The notes below the pieces were generated by a model, which was not told the DNA's origin, ran no database searches, and worked only from the letters and a program-made list of their open reading frames with translations. The position numbers were made by a program, and so were the translations under genes. Positions 49,914 to 64,000 of a stretch of 64,000 nucleotides of DNA are shown here, piece after piece. The stretch lies in contig RHPI01002069.1 in assembly GCA_009103225.1 (NCBI GenBank), forward strand, positions 1,946,846 to 2,010,845, read 5' to 3'. Within the stretch, counting starts at the first letter, position 1; every line of letters begins with the position of its first letter. This stretch comes from Chlorokybus atmophyticus. Its lineage: Eukaryota > Plantae > Mesostigma and Chlorokybus algae.

Positions 49914-51425
49914 CTCGACGATATTGAAGGCTCTCTTTTCCGAGGCTGCTGTCCACCTCCGCCACCACCGCCGCTGCCACCCTCCTCACCGACGCGTGCG
50001 CTTGCGACAGCTGGCAAAGCTGACCACTGCGCACGTACTTATTCCTCTGCTCACGCTTCAGCACAGATATCTTTTGCGACGGACATCCAGTCGGGAATAG
50101 GTAGATCGAGCATCATGCCCGCTGGCTCTTGCCGATGTCTGGGACGCGATTGCGATATCGGAGACACCTCGCGTGCATGTCTGAAATGACATTCCAGAAA
50201 CCGACGAAAGCTAGAAAATCAATTTGTTTCCTGGAGAAAATGCTTGAGGCTGTGCTTACAGCTGAGCTGAGCGTGGAGCTGACAGGCAGCCTGAGCGATC
50301 ATACTTCAGCTTGCAGCTGAGTTTGTAGCTGAGGCTTTACCTGAGATTGTAGGTAGTCTGCAAGCTGGGTTGCAGCTGAGCTCATGCTGAGGCGTGAAAG
50401 CTAAGCTTCAAGGTGAGCTGACCTTTCTTCTCTGGGATTGTGCTGGTGGCGAGCGTGATCGTCAATTGTTGGAAGCTGAGGGAAAGGCGGTTTGCCGGGA
50501 GTGATCTCTCGGACAGGGGAACAACTTTAGAGGCAAGGTTGCAACGAGAGGGTGGCTGCTGGGCAGCGTGCTGGTCGGATTGTGCGAGCTGGTTGCTGTT
50601 GAATTGCAGGTGGGTGTGCTTGCTGTTTGGCAAATTTTGCTTGGTCGTTACAAGTGTGGTGGTGGTGGTAAAGGTTGTGGTGTCGCAGGAACCAATCTGT
50701 CTAGCTGAGAGGCTCAGGGATTGTGTTGTTTGCGTTATGCTGCGGTGGTTTGCAAGAATGTGTTTGCGGTGGCTGATGCTTGATCTGGCATTTGATTGAG
50801 CAAGGCAGATGGGTCGCACTTTGCAGTGATCTACAGCCCGGCACGGCGTTTCTTGAGTTTAAATTGGCGAAAACTTGAAGTCGTCATCATAACACGTGAG
50901 GTTAGCGCTGAGCTAAACATGTAGGTTGGCGCTGTTCACACAGTATTTAGTAATATCTCATATGGTAACCCCACTTCACACGCCTGACAAGCGGGCAGCC
51001 CACAACGGCTGCTTGCACAGCAGAATTTCTGCCATTTCTTATTGTTATTTCAGGTAACGACTCAGATGTAGCTCCATACCGTGTAGAGGTCGCAGCTCTC
51101 CCATTGCACACGTGGTTGAAGTCGTGCCATATGCCTTAGGAGTACGTACTACGTAGTTTCGGTGCCGACGTCACATTCAAGACTTAAAACTCAAAAGTTT
51201 AGCTGCAGCGATAGTCATGTCTCATCAAGCAGGATACTCAGCATCCGAACCTACAAATACGCCCCCTGTTCGTGTTGTTGTACACATCCTTGCATGCACT
51301 CAGTTGCCTGCATTCACTTGCGTGCACTCGCTGATGTTTGAATCTGCCAGCAGGCAGCCGAGAACTGCATGGAGCTGGGGTGAACTTCCCGTAGTAGCTT
51401 GTATACTACTTGGTTGTCCGCAAGC

Positions 51426-54400
51426 ATGGCAGGAGAACGCGATGCGCAGAAGATTGCCAGACTTGAGGAGAAGATCAAAGAGCTGACTGCGATCAATGAG
51501 GCGCTCACACGAGATGTTGAACTCCTTTGCATACAGGCAAGCATTTGGTACCTGTGTGTATCTTGTGTTGTGCTAGCCTCATAGTAATGCACGCGGCACT
51601 GCAGTACTACAATGTTGTCGCATGCATGTGGATTTTTCATGCGCTTAAACAACCACCTGTTGAATGTTGGTTGCATTATGACACAGTCACAAGGAGGAGG
51701 CAAGTTTAGGAGTGAGGCTCAGCGTGTAAAGGACATCATTCGCAACTTTGAGGCAAGGCTTTCAGCAGCATCAGCAGAGCAGGACCGGTCTAGGCATGAG
51801 GCTTCAGCTGCTCGCAATGCAAGCCAAGCAGCCGATAAGGCCATGATCGAGATTGAAGCGCAGGTGAGTACCCCAAAGGGTTAGAGGATGCGTATGAACA
51901 AAAGTATCCCTTGCTCTCATGCCTTTACACCTCCAATGCTGCAGAATGGTGCAGCATGCCAGGCGAGTAACAGCGCTAATGAACCGCAGGTAACCAGCCA
52001 AAGTGCAATACGCAAGTGGCATGCAGTGCATTGTTGTTGCACTTGCGTTATATGCGGAACAACACAAAGCCAGTGTCAACTATGTCTCTACTGTTACTAG
52101 TGTAAATGAACGTCAATGATGCCACTTCCAGCGCATAAATGCATAGACGCAAACCGCGATATCACATGTGAGAACCATCTCCATAGTTTGGCTGTCCTTG
52201 CAGCATTTACGCAGACACGCACATGCATGTCAGCTGCAGGGACGTTTATTTCATTCTTTTCCTTAAGCTTCATCTTGTTGCTTGTTGTAAATGAATGCGC
52301 TGCTAGGTCAAAACCTTGGAAAAGGATGTCGCCTTCTATCAGGCCGAGGCGTCATCCGCATTGCTCCAACGGGATCAAGCGAGTGCAGATGCCAGCATCT
52401 TGATTGCAGAGCGCGACAGCCTGCGGGCCGATGCCGCACGCGCATCACAATTGGAGCATGACCTCAAAGTCGCCGATGCGGATCGCACTGCGTTGAAGAA
52501 TCAGTTAAGGATTGCTACCTCGGAACGTGAAGTCTTGCAAAGGGTGTGTGCGCTGTTACTGTAGCTACAACATCTCATTATCCAGCTTGCTCAACTGAAA
52601 AGCTGTGAAATATAATTCATTGCAAGAACGAGTGTCATCCACCCTTCATGAGCTGTTGAAAGACTCCGTTTGCTCGTGCAGGAAGTGTATAGGTTGCGTG
52701 ACGCGCGCAACGAGGCATTTCAGAATACGAACGCTTATCATGCAGAAGTGTCCCTGCTGAAGGCAGAACGTGATGAACTGAGAAGCAAAGTGAAGTACAT
52801 GGAGGACCAGTACAAAGCGGCCAAGTGCTCGACTGAAGAGCTTCTGGACCAAATAACCAAGCTGCAGGGTGAAGTTGCGGCTCTGACAGCACAGTGCGAA
52901 GAGCTGCAGCCGGCAGCGCAATTCATGCAGGATCAATACAAAGCTGTCAACAGCAGCATTGAAGAGCTACAAGATGTCAATCGCAAGCTGCAAGCTGATG
53001 TGGTGAGAGCTGCTTACTTCATCGTGAGGCAGTGTATTGCATGTTGTTGATTCATTCCTACAGACTGGTGTTGACCACGTGTGGCATGCAGCAAGAACTC
53101 GAGGCATACAAAGTTCGAGCGCAACAGTTGCAGCTAGATCTCAACACAGCACATGAAGAAGTACAACGCACAACCGAACAGCGAGACGAGGCACAAGACC
53201 AGGTAATCACCACCTGTACTGCTAGCGGCATGTTGGTATGCTTCGATTGACATGTGGTTGGACGCCGTAGGTTGTTGAGATGAAGAAGCAGTTGGCTGCT
53301 GCCAACGAGCAGGCAGAAAAGGTGAGTGTCCTGTCACTTGCATCATAGTGTTTGTCATGTGCCTTGACATGTGCGAGTTGGACAACAGGTGCCTCATTTG
53401 CAAGCTAGTTGCAACACGCTTCAGTTAGAACTTCGGCAGGTGCGCAGTCACATGATTACTGCACGAGCATGGCTGCTTCACAAATGTGCTTTGAAGCGTT
53501 TTGTGAGTGGAACCCTACCAACTCCTATGTTTCTGCTTGCATAATATTGTCGCTCCATGTTGGTACATCTTCTGAGGTGCGGCACATAGGCCGACATGCA
53601 TGTTGCTGACTCGAGTTGTTAGTGGCGTGTCAACAGGTTCAGGAAGAATTGCTAGTGGCGTGCAGGTCACTGCATGAGGTACTCGCAGGATATGGCACAG
53701 CAGCTTTGCGTCTTGGTTTCATTGTCTGTTTGCTCTCGCTGTCACCTGGCGCTTTCTCACTACGTGACCTCCTCACAGGAACAGATTTTGCGTGCTGAAA
53801 TGGAGGAACAGGTTCGAGGCAAATGGCATGCTGTTTATGTCGCTGTCATGGACTTGTACTGGGGATGTGTTGGCACTTTGTGACTCTATCAACACCCTAG
53901 CAACTCTGTGACAGGCTACCAAGTTGTCAGCTTCACATGCTACGGCACGCGAAGTGCCAGCGCGGGCTGTGCAGGAAGCGGATTGTGACATGGTATGGTT
54001 GTGGCTTGCAAACCTTGCAAGCGACTTTCGACTCCAATGTTTTTTAACTTATCAAGTGGCACAACACAATTAAGAGAGTTGGCTGTTGTCAGGATGAGAG
54101 GTCGTTGTCGGCAAGGGATGAGCTAGCTCTGCAGGATCGTGTGAACAAGCTAAAAACTCAACTTGCACAGGTGTCTTGTCAGCCGAACAGTCCAAGCCAA
54201 TGCTCCTCTTCCTCTATTGCTGATCAGCCACGATTGCAGTGCTTAACCCAGGCTGCTTGTTTGGCAGGCGGCAGAGCAAAAAGTAGAAGCGCTGATACAG
54301 CTGGCACAGATCAAGGCAGACCAGGGAGCATGGCAGGAACGAGAAAAGTGGGTATCACGTGTGTCATGCTGTCTTGCTGCTTCGACATTTGACAATTGTG

Positions 54401-55174
54401 ATGATTGCAACTGTTGCACTGGTTCTCTGCAAGCGATTGACATGTGTCATGCATGTATCCAGGCGCATGCAAGAAGAGTTGATTCGCCTACGGCTTCAAG
54501 AGACTCCCGGCTCATCAAGTCCCGAGCACACTCTGAGCGGCTCTAAGTTATCATGGCTGTTTTCAGCAAAAAGTCGCCGGGACTCTTCACCTTCAAGATC
54601 TCCTTCAATATCCGCGGACGTAGTTGACTCCCGAGACTCAGCATTAGCCAGGTCCTTTACGCCATTCTGCATGGCACATACAGCCTTGGTGCACCAAAGG
54701 ACTGAGTGACAAGTCAGGCACAATGACGTAACAGCATCAATTAGCTTACTGCATATAACCTTGTTGCGCAGGTTGCAAGCTGAAGTGTGCGTGTATAAAG
54801 ACCGCGCATCTAGCGCACTTGAGGTTGCAAAGACCGCACGCCATTTGCGAGCCAAGGCATCAACGGTGCGCATACAACTTCAACAGCAATATGAGACAAA
54901 GACATGCACTTGGCATCACATTGGCTCAACACGATGTTGTATACAGGTGCTTGGTGAAGAGGCAAAGCACAGCACCAAAATACTTAACGAGGTCTTCTTG
55001 GAAGCTGGCCACTTGAAGCTGAAGTATGGCTCAGGCAGCTCGGGTCCCCCAAGTCCGACCCCGGCAAAGTCCCGAGAGGATGATCTGACGCAGTTTGACT
55101 GTGTTATCGGGGTTGAGGTAGCGGAGTTGCTGCTGCAGAATGCGTCGCTTCTCCGAGGTGTACTAAGTCACTAA
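51426..55174 (+). CDS. Long coiled-coil protein of a plant-conserved uncharacterised family (multi-exon)
   Basis: Heptad-rich exons. IARLEEKI..LTRDVELLCIQ, LEKDVAFYQ..ALLQRD and QDRVNKLKTQL..KVEALIQLAQ match motifs I recall from plant myosin-heavy-chain-like proteins (unverified). Confidence 0.72.
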
Positions 55175-55939
55175 GCACAGGCTTTTCCTGCCATAAACAG
55201 TTGTAAGTATCTGCAAGTATCTGCAGTAGCTGTTGTGGTTTGGTGATCAGTTTTCAGAGACTGGACGCAATGTTGTTTTCCGCTACTATGATATGTGGTA
55301 TGAGGAACAAATACCAAGCTATGTATTGAGCAAGGTCTGTTGACGCAATCAACACACGCTTATTGGACAAATGCACGAGGCATGCGACTGCACTGCCTGC
55401 GTGACACCTCCGCACCCCGCTATTGGTCACTGACCAAAGTCACTCCAGTGACAGTCCAATCGGCCCATCGGGATGATGGGAAAGAATTTCATTGAGCATC
55501 GCGAGCAATGATTCACCACTGTTTTGCTGGGGCTGTAATGTTTATAGTAGCACACCCCTTTTGTACACAGAGTAGGTGGTCGTGTATGTAGAAGTGAGGT
55601 GAGTGCGCCGCATGCGTGGTGTGACCTGAATGGGCAATCCCCTTGCGCATCTACTGTACAATGCACAAGGAAATGCTCACTAGTTCAGTTGCACATCAGA
55701 ACAACGACCTTGGTTGATGGGTATATGCATACGTTTGTAAACCAGCAAGATAATGCCCTCACTTGCCCAGCAAGTGGCAACACCATCTGAAACTAGTTGC
55801 TTAAGTTAACTATTCTCAACGACAACTGCATAACGCATTGCACTCATTGGAGTGAACTGCTCATGCCTGCGGCTGCCACAACCTTCTGCCATGCTTGCAT
55901 AACAAATGTACAACCAGCCTCTACAACAGTGAAGCTAAA

Positions 55940-58517
<2,578 letters not shown>

Positions 58518-59110
58518 TGTCGCCCCGACCACAGGCCAGGCAGCGGAAAAGCCTGTTCAAGTTATCCGCACGCCAAGTGTCGACAGCAGGGGGGGCACAA
58601 AAGTTTGTCTCATCTGGGAATGTATCGAACAGTTTTTTCAGGGTTTTGCATGGGAGCGGCTAACAAGTGAGTGCGTCTGAGGTTAATCGTTGTTTGTGTG
58701 TTTTGCCTTGTACATGCGGCTGGCACAACTGGTGTATCAGCCTGTTGTAAAAGGGACAACACACATGTCGCTGCCTTACATTTATCTTGATGTCTTGATC
58801 TAAAATAAAAGTTTGCATGTTAATACCTATCATATGTACTAATTCAAATAATGCGCAACAAGCTTGAGGCCAAAACATTCATGCTTGTGGTAATCAATCA
58901 TAGTATTATTACATTGTATTTCAACATTGGTGTCAATTAGATACTTTTTAAAACTTGGCACCTGTTCAAGAGTCACAGCATGTGGAAATTTATTACATTT
59001 GTATTATGATGCAAAACCATTAAAATTAAGTCCAATTACAAGCAACACCCCTACATCTTCTCTTGTGCTTAATTCTCGCTATCAATGCGTGCATGAGAGA
59101 CACATATGAT

Positions 59111-59112
<2 letters not shown>

Positions 59113-59160
<48 letters not shown>
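59113..59160. repeat. (CA)n microsatellite
   Basis: Seen directly. Confidence 0.95.
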
Positions 59161-59163
<3 letters not shown>

Positions 59164-59455
59164 CGGCAGCCTGCGCTAAATCAATCGCAGCGGCTCACCT
59201 TCTACCAGCTGGGCCACATCATCACCTATCCCCACCTCCAACACCTCCGACATCAAAGTACATGACAACTACTCAATAGTATAGACACATCCAACTGAGG
59301 CGACCCTAATGGTCCACGCACGCCAACTTTAAACATGTACTATCTCCTCTCTCCGCTTCCTCTTATCTTGCATGCAAGTGTGCAGCTCTCGGTCGCACGC
59401 AGTATGCGACATACTTCGCATTGATAATTGCTACTCTCTCTCTATCTTTCTCTCT

Positions 59456-59520
59456 GCGAGAGAGAGAGAGAGAGAGGAAGAGAGAGAGAGGGAGAGAGAG
59501 AGAGAGGGAGGGAGAGAGAG
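59456..59520. repeat. Imperfect (GA)n microsatellite
   Basis: Seen directly. Confidence 0.93.
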
Positions 59521-60196
59521 ATGTGTGCTGACACTGCGTGTGGGCGTGACATGACGTGTGCGTGCGTTCGCAATGTGCAATCTCTACCACTTCGCCAACG
59601 CACACAAGGCAACTATGGCAATAACAATGATCGCTCCCGGAGATTATCTCACTTATATTATATATATGCAGTATATATACATAGCGTTTTGACTATACTC
59701 ATAGTAAAAAAACCATGTATATTGTGCACATCGGCCTTGTGTTGCATGTATTAAATAGCGAGGTTGGCTTGTAACTATATTCACCTACTTGCGTCCATGC
59801 TGAGCTGTGCCTACTTTTTGCTTCTATGCACTGCTTCACTTTCATGTTTCCACTACACTACCGTGTGTATGAGTGCGAATCTCACATGCTTGGGCCCTAT
59901 AGACAATACTACACACATTTAGTCAAGGTGCAGTATCAGGAATAATGCATCCTGCTATGAGTGCCAGCTGTAATAACAATTTGTATTAAATGAACATGAG
60001 AAGCATGGCAGTGCCATGATGGCACCCATGTGCATTGAATGGCGTCGTCGACTCCGGGCCTACACTGTCCATCTGTAATAGTCTATTACTAGTGGAGCGT
60101 TGATGGACACTGTACAGCGTCTAACAACCGCGCCTTTCACCGCATGCAAGCTTACACACTGTGCAGCAAGAAGCACTGACGGTGTTGCTTGCAGGT

Positions 60197-63100
60197 ATGT
60201 TGAGCGCAGCGGCGTCGGTGGCGGTCTTGCCGCTGAGGCCGTCATCAGGTGTGAGGTTGACGAGCACAAGAACGGTGTGCAAGCGGAGCCTCCTGGGCGC
60301 TGGGCCGAGGTGGCGGACTGCTGGGATCGTCATGGCGAGCAGCCAGGCTGTGAGCAAGGAGGAGCAGGATAAGGGTCAGGTGCCTGCCACCATGCGGGCT
60401 GTCGTGCTGGACAAGGCTGGGTGAGAGAGAGAGAGAGAGTGGATACAACCGCAGCGCATGCATGCATTGCACACATCGTACATTTTGACTGAGTGAATGA
60501 GCGAGGGAGGGAGATTTGGACGGCTTACTTATTTGAACAGCTGTGTGACTGCTCAATGATGCCGTTGACTGCTCACTACTTAATGCTGAAGCGCAGGCCA
60601 GCTTCAACGCTACGCATTGCTGGGGACTTTCCTGTGCCGCAGCCTGCGGCAGGCGAGTAAGTATTGAGAGAATCTTCATGTGTACAGGCACACACCTGCG
60701 CCCAATCAGTTGTGTCACAGCACGGTCTTGCTCGTGGTGGTTTCAGTTCTTAGCTTTCCGATTGCCCGTCCAATTACTCACTTGCTAGCTGGCTGCATGC
60801 ATTTCACGTTTGTGCATAACTGTGGCAGTTCACTTCACCAGGCACTTGAACCTGTATACCATTGCAACACTCGTGTGCAACCGCGGCGTCCNNNNNNNNN
60901 NNNNNNNNNNNNNNNNNNNNNNNNNNNNNNNNNNNNNNNNNNNNNNNNNNNNNNNNNNNNNNNNNNNNNNNNNNNNNNNNNNNNNNNNNNNNNNNNNNNN
61001 NNNNNNNNNNNNNNNNNNNNNNNNNNNNNNNNNNNNNNNNNNNNNNNNNNNNNNNNNNNNNNNNNNNNNNNNNNNNNNNNNNNNNNNNNNNNNNNNNNNN
61101 NNNNNNNNNNNNNNNNNNNNNNNNNNNNNNNNNNNNNNNNNNNNNNNNNNNNNNNNNNNNNNNNNNNNNNNNNNNNNNNNNNNNNNNNNNNNNNNNNNNN
61201 NNNNNNNNNNNNNNNNNNNNNNNNNNNNNNNNNNNNNNNNNNNNNNNNNNNNNNNNNNNNNNNNNNNNNNNNNNNNNNNNNNNNNNNNNNNNNNNNNNNN
61301 NNNNNNNNNNNNNNNNNNNNNNNNNNNNNNNNNNNNNNNNNNNNNNNNNNNNNNNNNNNNNNNNNNNNNNNNNNNNNNNNNNNNNNNNNNNNNNNNNNNN
61401 NNNNNNNNNNNNNNNNNNNNNNNNNNNNNNNNNNNNNNNNNNNNNNNNNNNNNNNNNNNNNNNNNNNNNNNNNNNNNNNNNNNNNNNNNNNNNNNNNNNN
61501 NNNNNNNNNNNNNNNNNNNNNNNNNNNNNNNNNNNNNNNNNNNNNNNNNNNNNNNNNNNNNNNNNNNNNNNNNNNNNNNNNNNNNNNNNNNNNNNNNCCC
61601 ACCACCACCCCGCACAACGCACACACACATGCGTGCGCGTGTGTACACGTCAGAATGCAAACAGGGAATCCATAGATGATTAACTCACTCAGTCACTCGC
61701 TCACTCAATTACCTGTTTTTTTGTGTTGTGACGCAGGCTGCTGATCAAGGTGCATGCTGCTGGGCTCAACCCAGGTGAGTAATGCGTTGATGCCATGCTG
61801 TAGCGTCCGTGCATGTGCAATGACACGAGCTGCTCACGTGGTTGTGCAAACTGCAGTCGACTACAAACGCGCCACGTGGGGACGCCCTGAGTCATCTTAC
61901 CCGCATGTCCTCGGCCTTGACGCGGTATTGCACTATAGGCATCAATGCATGACAACAGTGACAATGCAGAGAACCAATGACAAGTACACAGTGCAGGCAG
62001 GGACAGTTGCAGCTGTGGGGTTGGGCGTTGCAGGGTGGGATGTTGGCGATAAGGTGAGCTGCACATATACATATTTGTTGCTTGCAATCCAGAGCTTGAT
62101 GACACCGGCTTCGGTCCGTGGCAGATCGTCAGTCACAGCAACTTGGACAAGCCCCATGGAGCCTTTGCAGAGTATGCCATTAACACTGCCATTACATCCG
62201 TCCATTTGCCAGATGGTACGCCATTGACACTCAAACCAGAGCCGACAGCATATACTGTCTTGTAATGTGCACAGCAGAAGATGGTTTGGCACATAGCTTG
62301 AGCCAGTGAGCGTTGCCAACACACTAGTATGCAGGGATTGCTTATGAGGATGCTGCTGCGACACCTTGCGCTGGCTGGACAGCATACCAGGTATGGTATA
62401 AACTCAGTTGTCTATTGCACTATGACAACCCATGCACAATACAGGCATGTGAGGCTCAACGTCAATGGAGCTAGGTTGTTGCAACACAAGCAAGCAACAA
62501 GCACTTGTTGATCGCGCAGGCTCTTCACTGCAAGATGCACATAAGACAGGGTCAGACTGTCGTGATCACGGGAGCAGCTGGCGGCGTTGGCGGCTTTGCG
62601 GTAACATAAATTTCACATGATCCTCCTGCTGTATGGCACATCTGTTGGCAAACATAACAATGTGCCTGAATCCTATTGGTGCAACGGCGCGCAGGTCCAG
62701 CTGGCTTCACTAGCAGGCTGCCGCGTGATTGCAACATGTTCCAAGGCCAACTTTGACTATGTAAAGTTACTGGGCGCGACTGAAGTGGTAAATGCACAAC
62801 CGAGTGAACATCATTGATCAACCCTTTGGCATGTTTTGTGTAAGGGCAACTCATCGGTCGTTTGAAGCCCACATGATCTTGGACGCAGATAGACTACAAC
62901 GAGCACGCCGACCTTCCTGCACGAGTCCTGGAGTTGACACAAGGTGTTGGGGCAAATGCCTGGTTGGTAAGTTTTGAATTCGTCATCTGGGGCATTGGTT
63001 TACTAACGGAAGCACACTTGCATTACTCCTAGGGTGATGTAGACCAATGTTTCCACGTATGCATCTCAATGCATGCAATACAGTGTTGCCACTGCATGCA

Positions 63101-63799
63101 TGCATCTGCCAAGCTCTGCGATTGAGGAAGCTTGAGATTTGTTTGTTGCCAGGAAACGGTGTCGAGTGACAGTGCGAAAGCAGCGCTCAAAGCGCTGGCG
63201 TTTGCTGGCGGCATTGTGAACATCGTCGGCACCATTCCTGTACGCTATGCATCAACTTACCTCTGCGCCCGCTCAGCAAGGTTCAACAGGCTTTGGATTA
63301 GTCAACTCATGTGTTGCTTTGTTGGAATGCAGGTTGGTGCAGAAGACAACGTGTTCCCCAGAGCTATCAGCGTGCATCACGTGTTCTTCGGTGGCGGACA
63401 TGCGGCGCCGAGGTGAGCATCAAGCACACATGACATTATGCGTGTTGACTTTCTGGCCTGCGTAACGCTGCTGGTTTGTTAATTGATTGAGTTGAACGAA
63501 TGGTTGTCTCCTCATTGCAGCAATGACGCACGCAAAGAGATTGCTGAGATTGGCCAAGAGATGACAAGCTTGTTGGCAAAGGGGCAGCTAAAGGTGCGTA
63601 GACTTATCGACACGGGAGCAACCTGTATCATGAGCTCTATGGTAGAACATACTACTGTTGTTCACCATCAATGTGAGTGTGTTTTTCCCATTGACAGCCT
63701 TTGGTGGGAGAGATCATATCACTTGAAAACATTCCTGAAGCTCTAGGGCGCATCGAGCAGCGGCACGTGAAAGGGAAGATTGTGGCTAAGCTGGTATAA
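60197..63799 (+). CDS. Medium-chain dehydrogenase/reductase (quinone oxidoreductase-like, MDR5-like) with probable plastid transit peptide; interrupted by an N gap
   Basis: MRAVVLDKAG, LIKVHAAGLNPVDYK..YPHVLGLDAAG, HGAFAE, VITGAAGGVGGFAVQLA, IATCSKANFDYVK.LGA, IDY, RHVKGKIVAKLV*. Confidence 0.88.
60892..61597. other. Assembly gap (N run) inside the MDR gene
   Basis: Seen directly; it probably hides an exon. Confidence 0.98.
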
Positions 63800-64000
63800 G
63801 ATATACATGCCACATTTGGACATGGACACACTACATATACAGAGACGTACACGCGTGCGGTACAGTACCAGCCGCCCACTATCACTCTCCCGGACGCCAG
63901 AGTTGTACATGGTGTAGTGGGGTCAGTTACCAAGAGTGTTATAAGCTTTCCCAAGCTCACGGACATGCGAGTGCACTACTTCATGTCAACATAGGTCTCA

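Noticed and set aside
50260-50820. G/T-skewed region with AGCTGAG repeats and short ORFs on both strands
   Set aside because: No recognisable domain or splice-consistent model; treated as the PMM/coiled-coil divergent promoter region.
60680-61683. Long six-frame ORFs of 260-330 aa
   Set aside because: Artefacts of translating through the N gap.

Overview
Intron-rich eukaryotic nuclear DNA, most likely from an early-diverging streptophyte alga. This is an inference from the plant-type MED12 C-terminus, an RLK/Pelle-family kinase fold, a telo-box and short GT-AG introns; no species can be named from sequence alone. The first ~14.6 kb is a transposon cluster. It holds a decayed plus-strand Ty3/gypsy element with a PHD finger after the integrase, set tail-to-tail with a decayed minus-strand chromovirus whose LTRs are arrays of covarying hairpins. 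An unclassified repeat family (also at 31-34 kb), a long near-perfect hairpin and a pogo/mariner-like MITE follow. Host genes are MED12 (-); a TAF1B/RRN7 gene (+) that appears to splice in frame into a degenerate TALE-class homeodomain; a myristoylated RLK/Pelle pseudokinase-RING protein with PSAP/YPDL motifs and two Btk-like Zn fingers (-); a plastid-targeted TIGR03960/TIGR03936-type radical SAM fusion (-); PMM (-); a plant-type coiled-coil protein (+); plastid TPI (-); and a plastid-targeted MDR oxidoreductase (+). A 309-bp tandem array, microsatellites and two N gaps are also present. No rRNA, tRNA or CRISPR was seen. Exon boundaries were called by eye and family assignments come from remembered motifs, not database searches.
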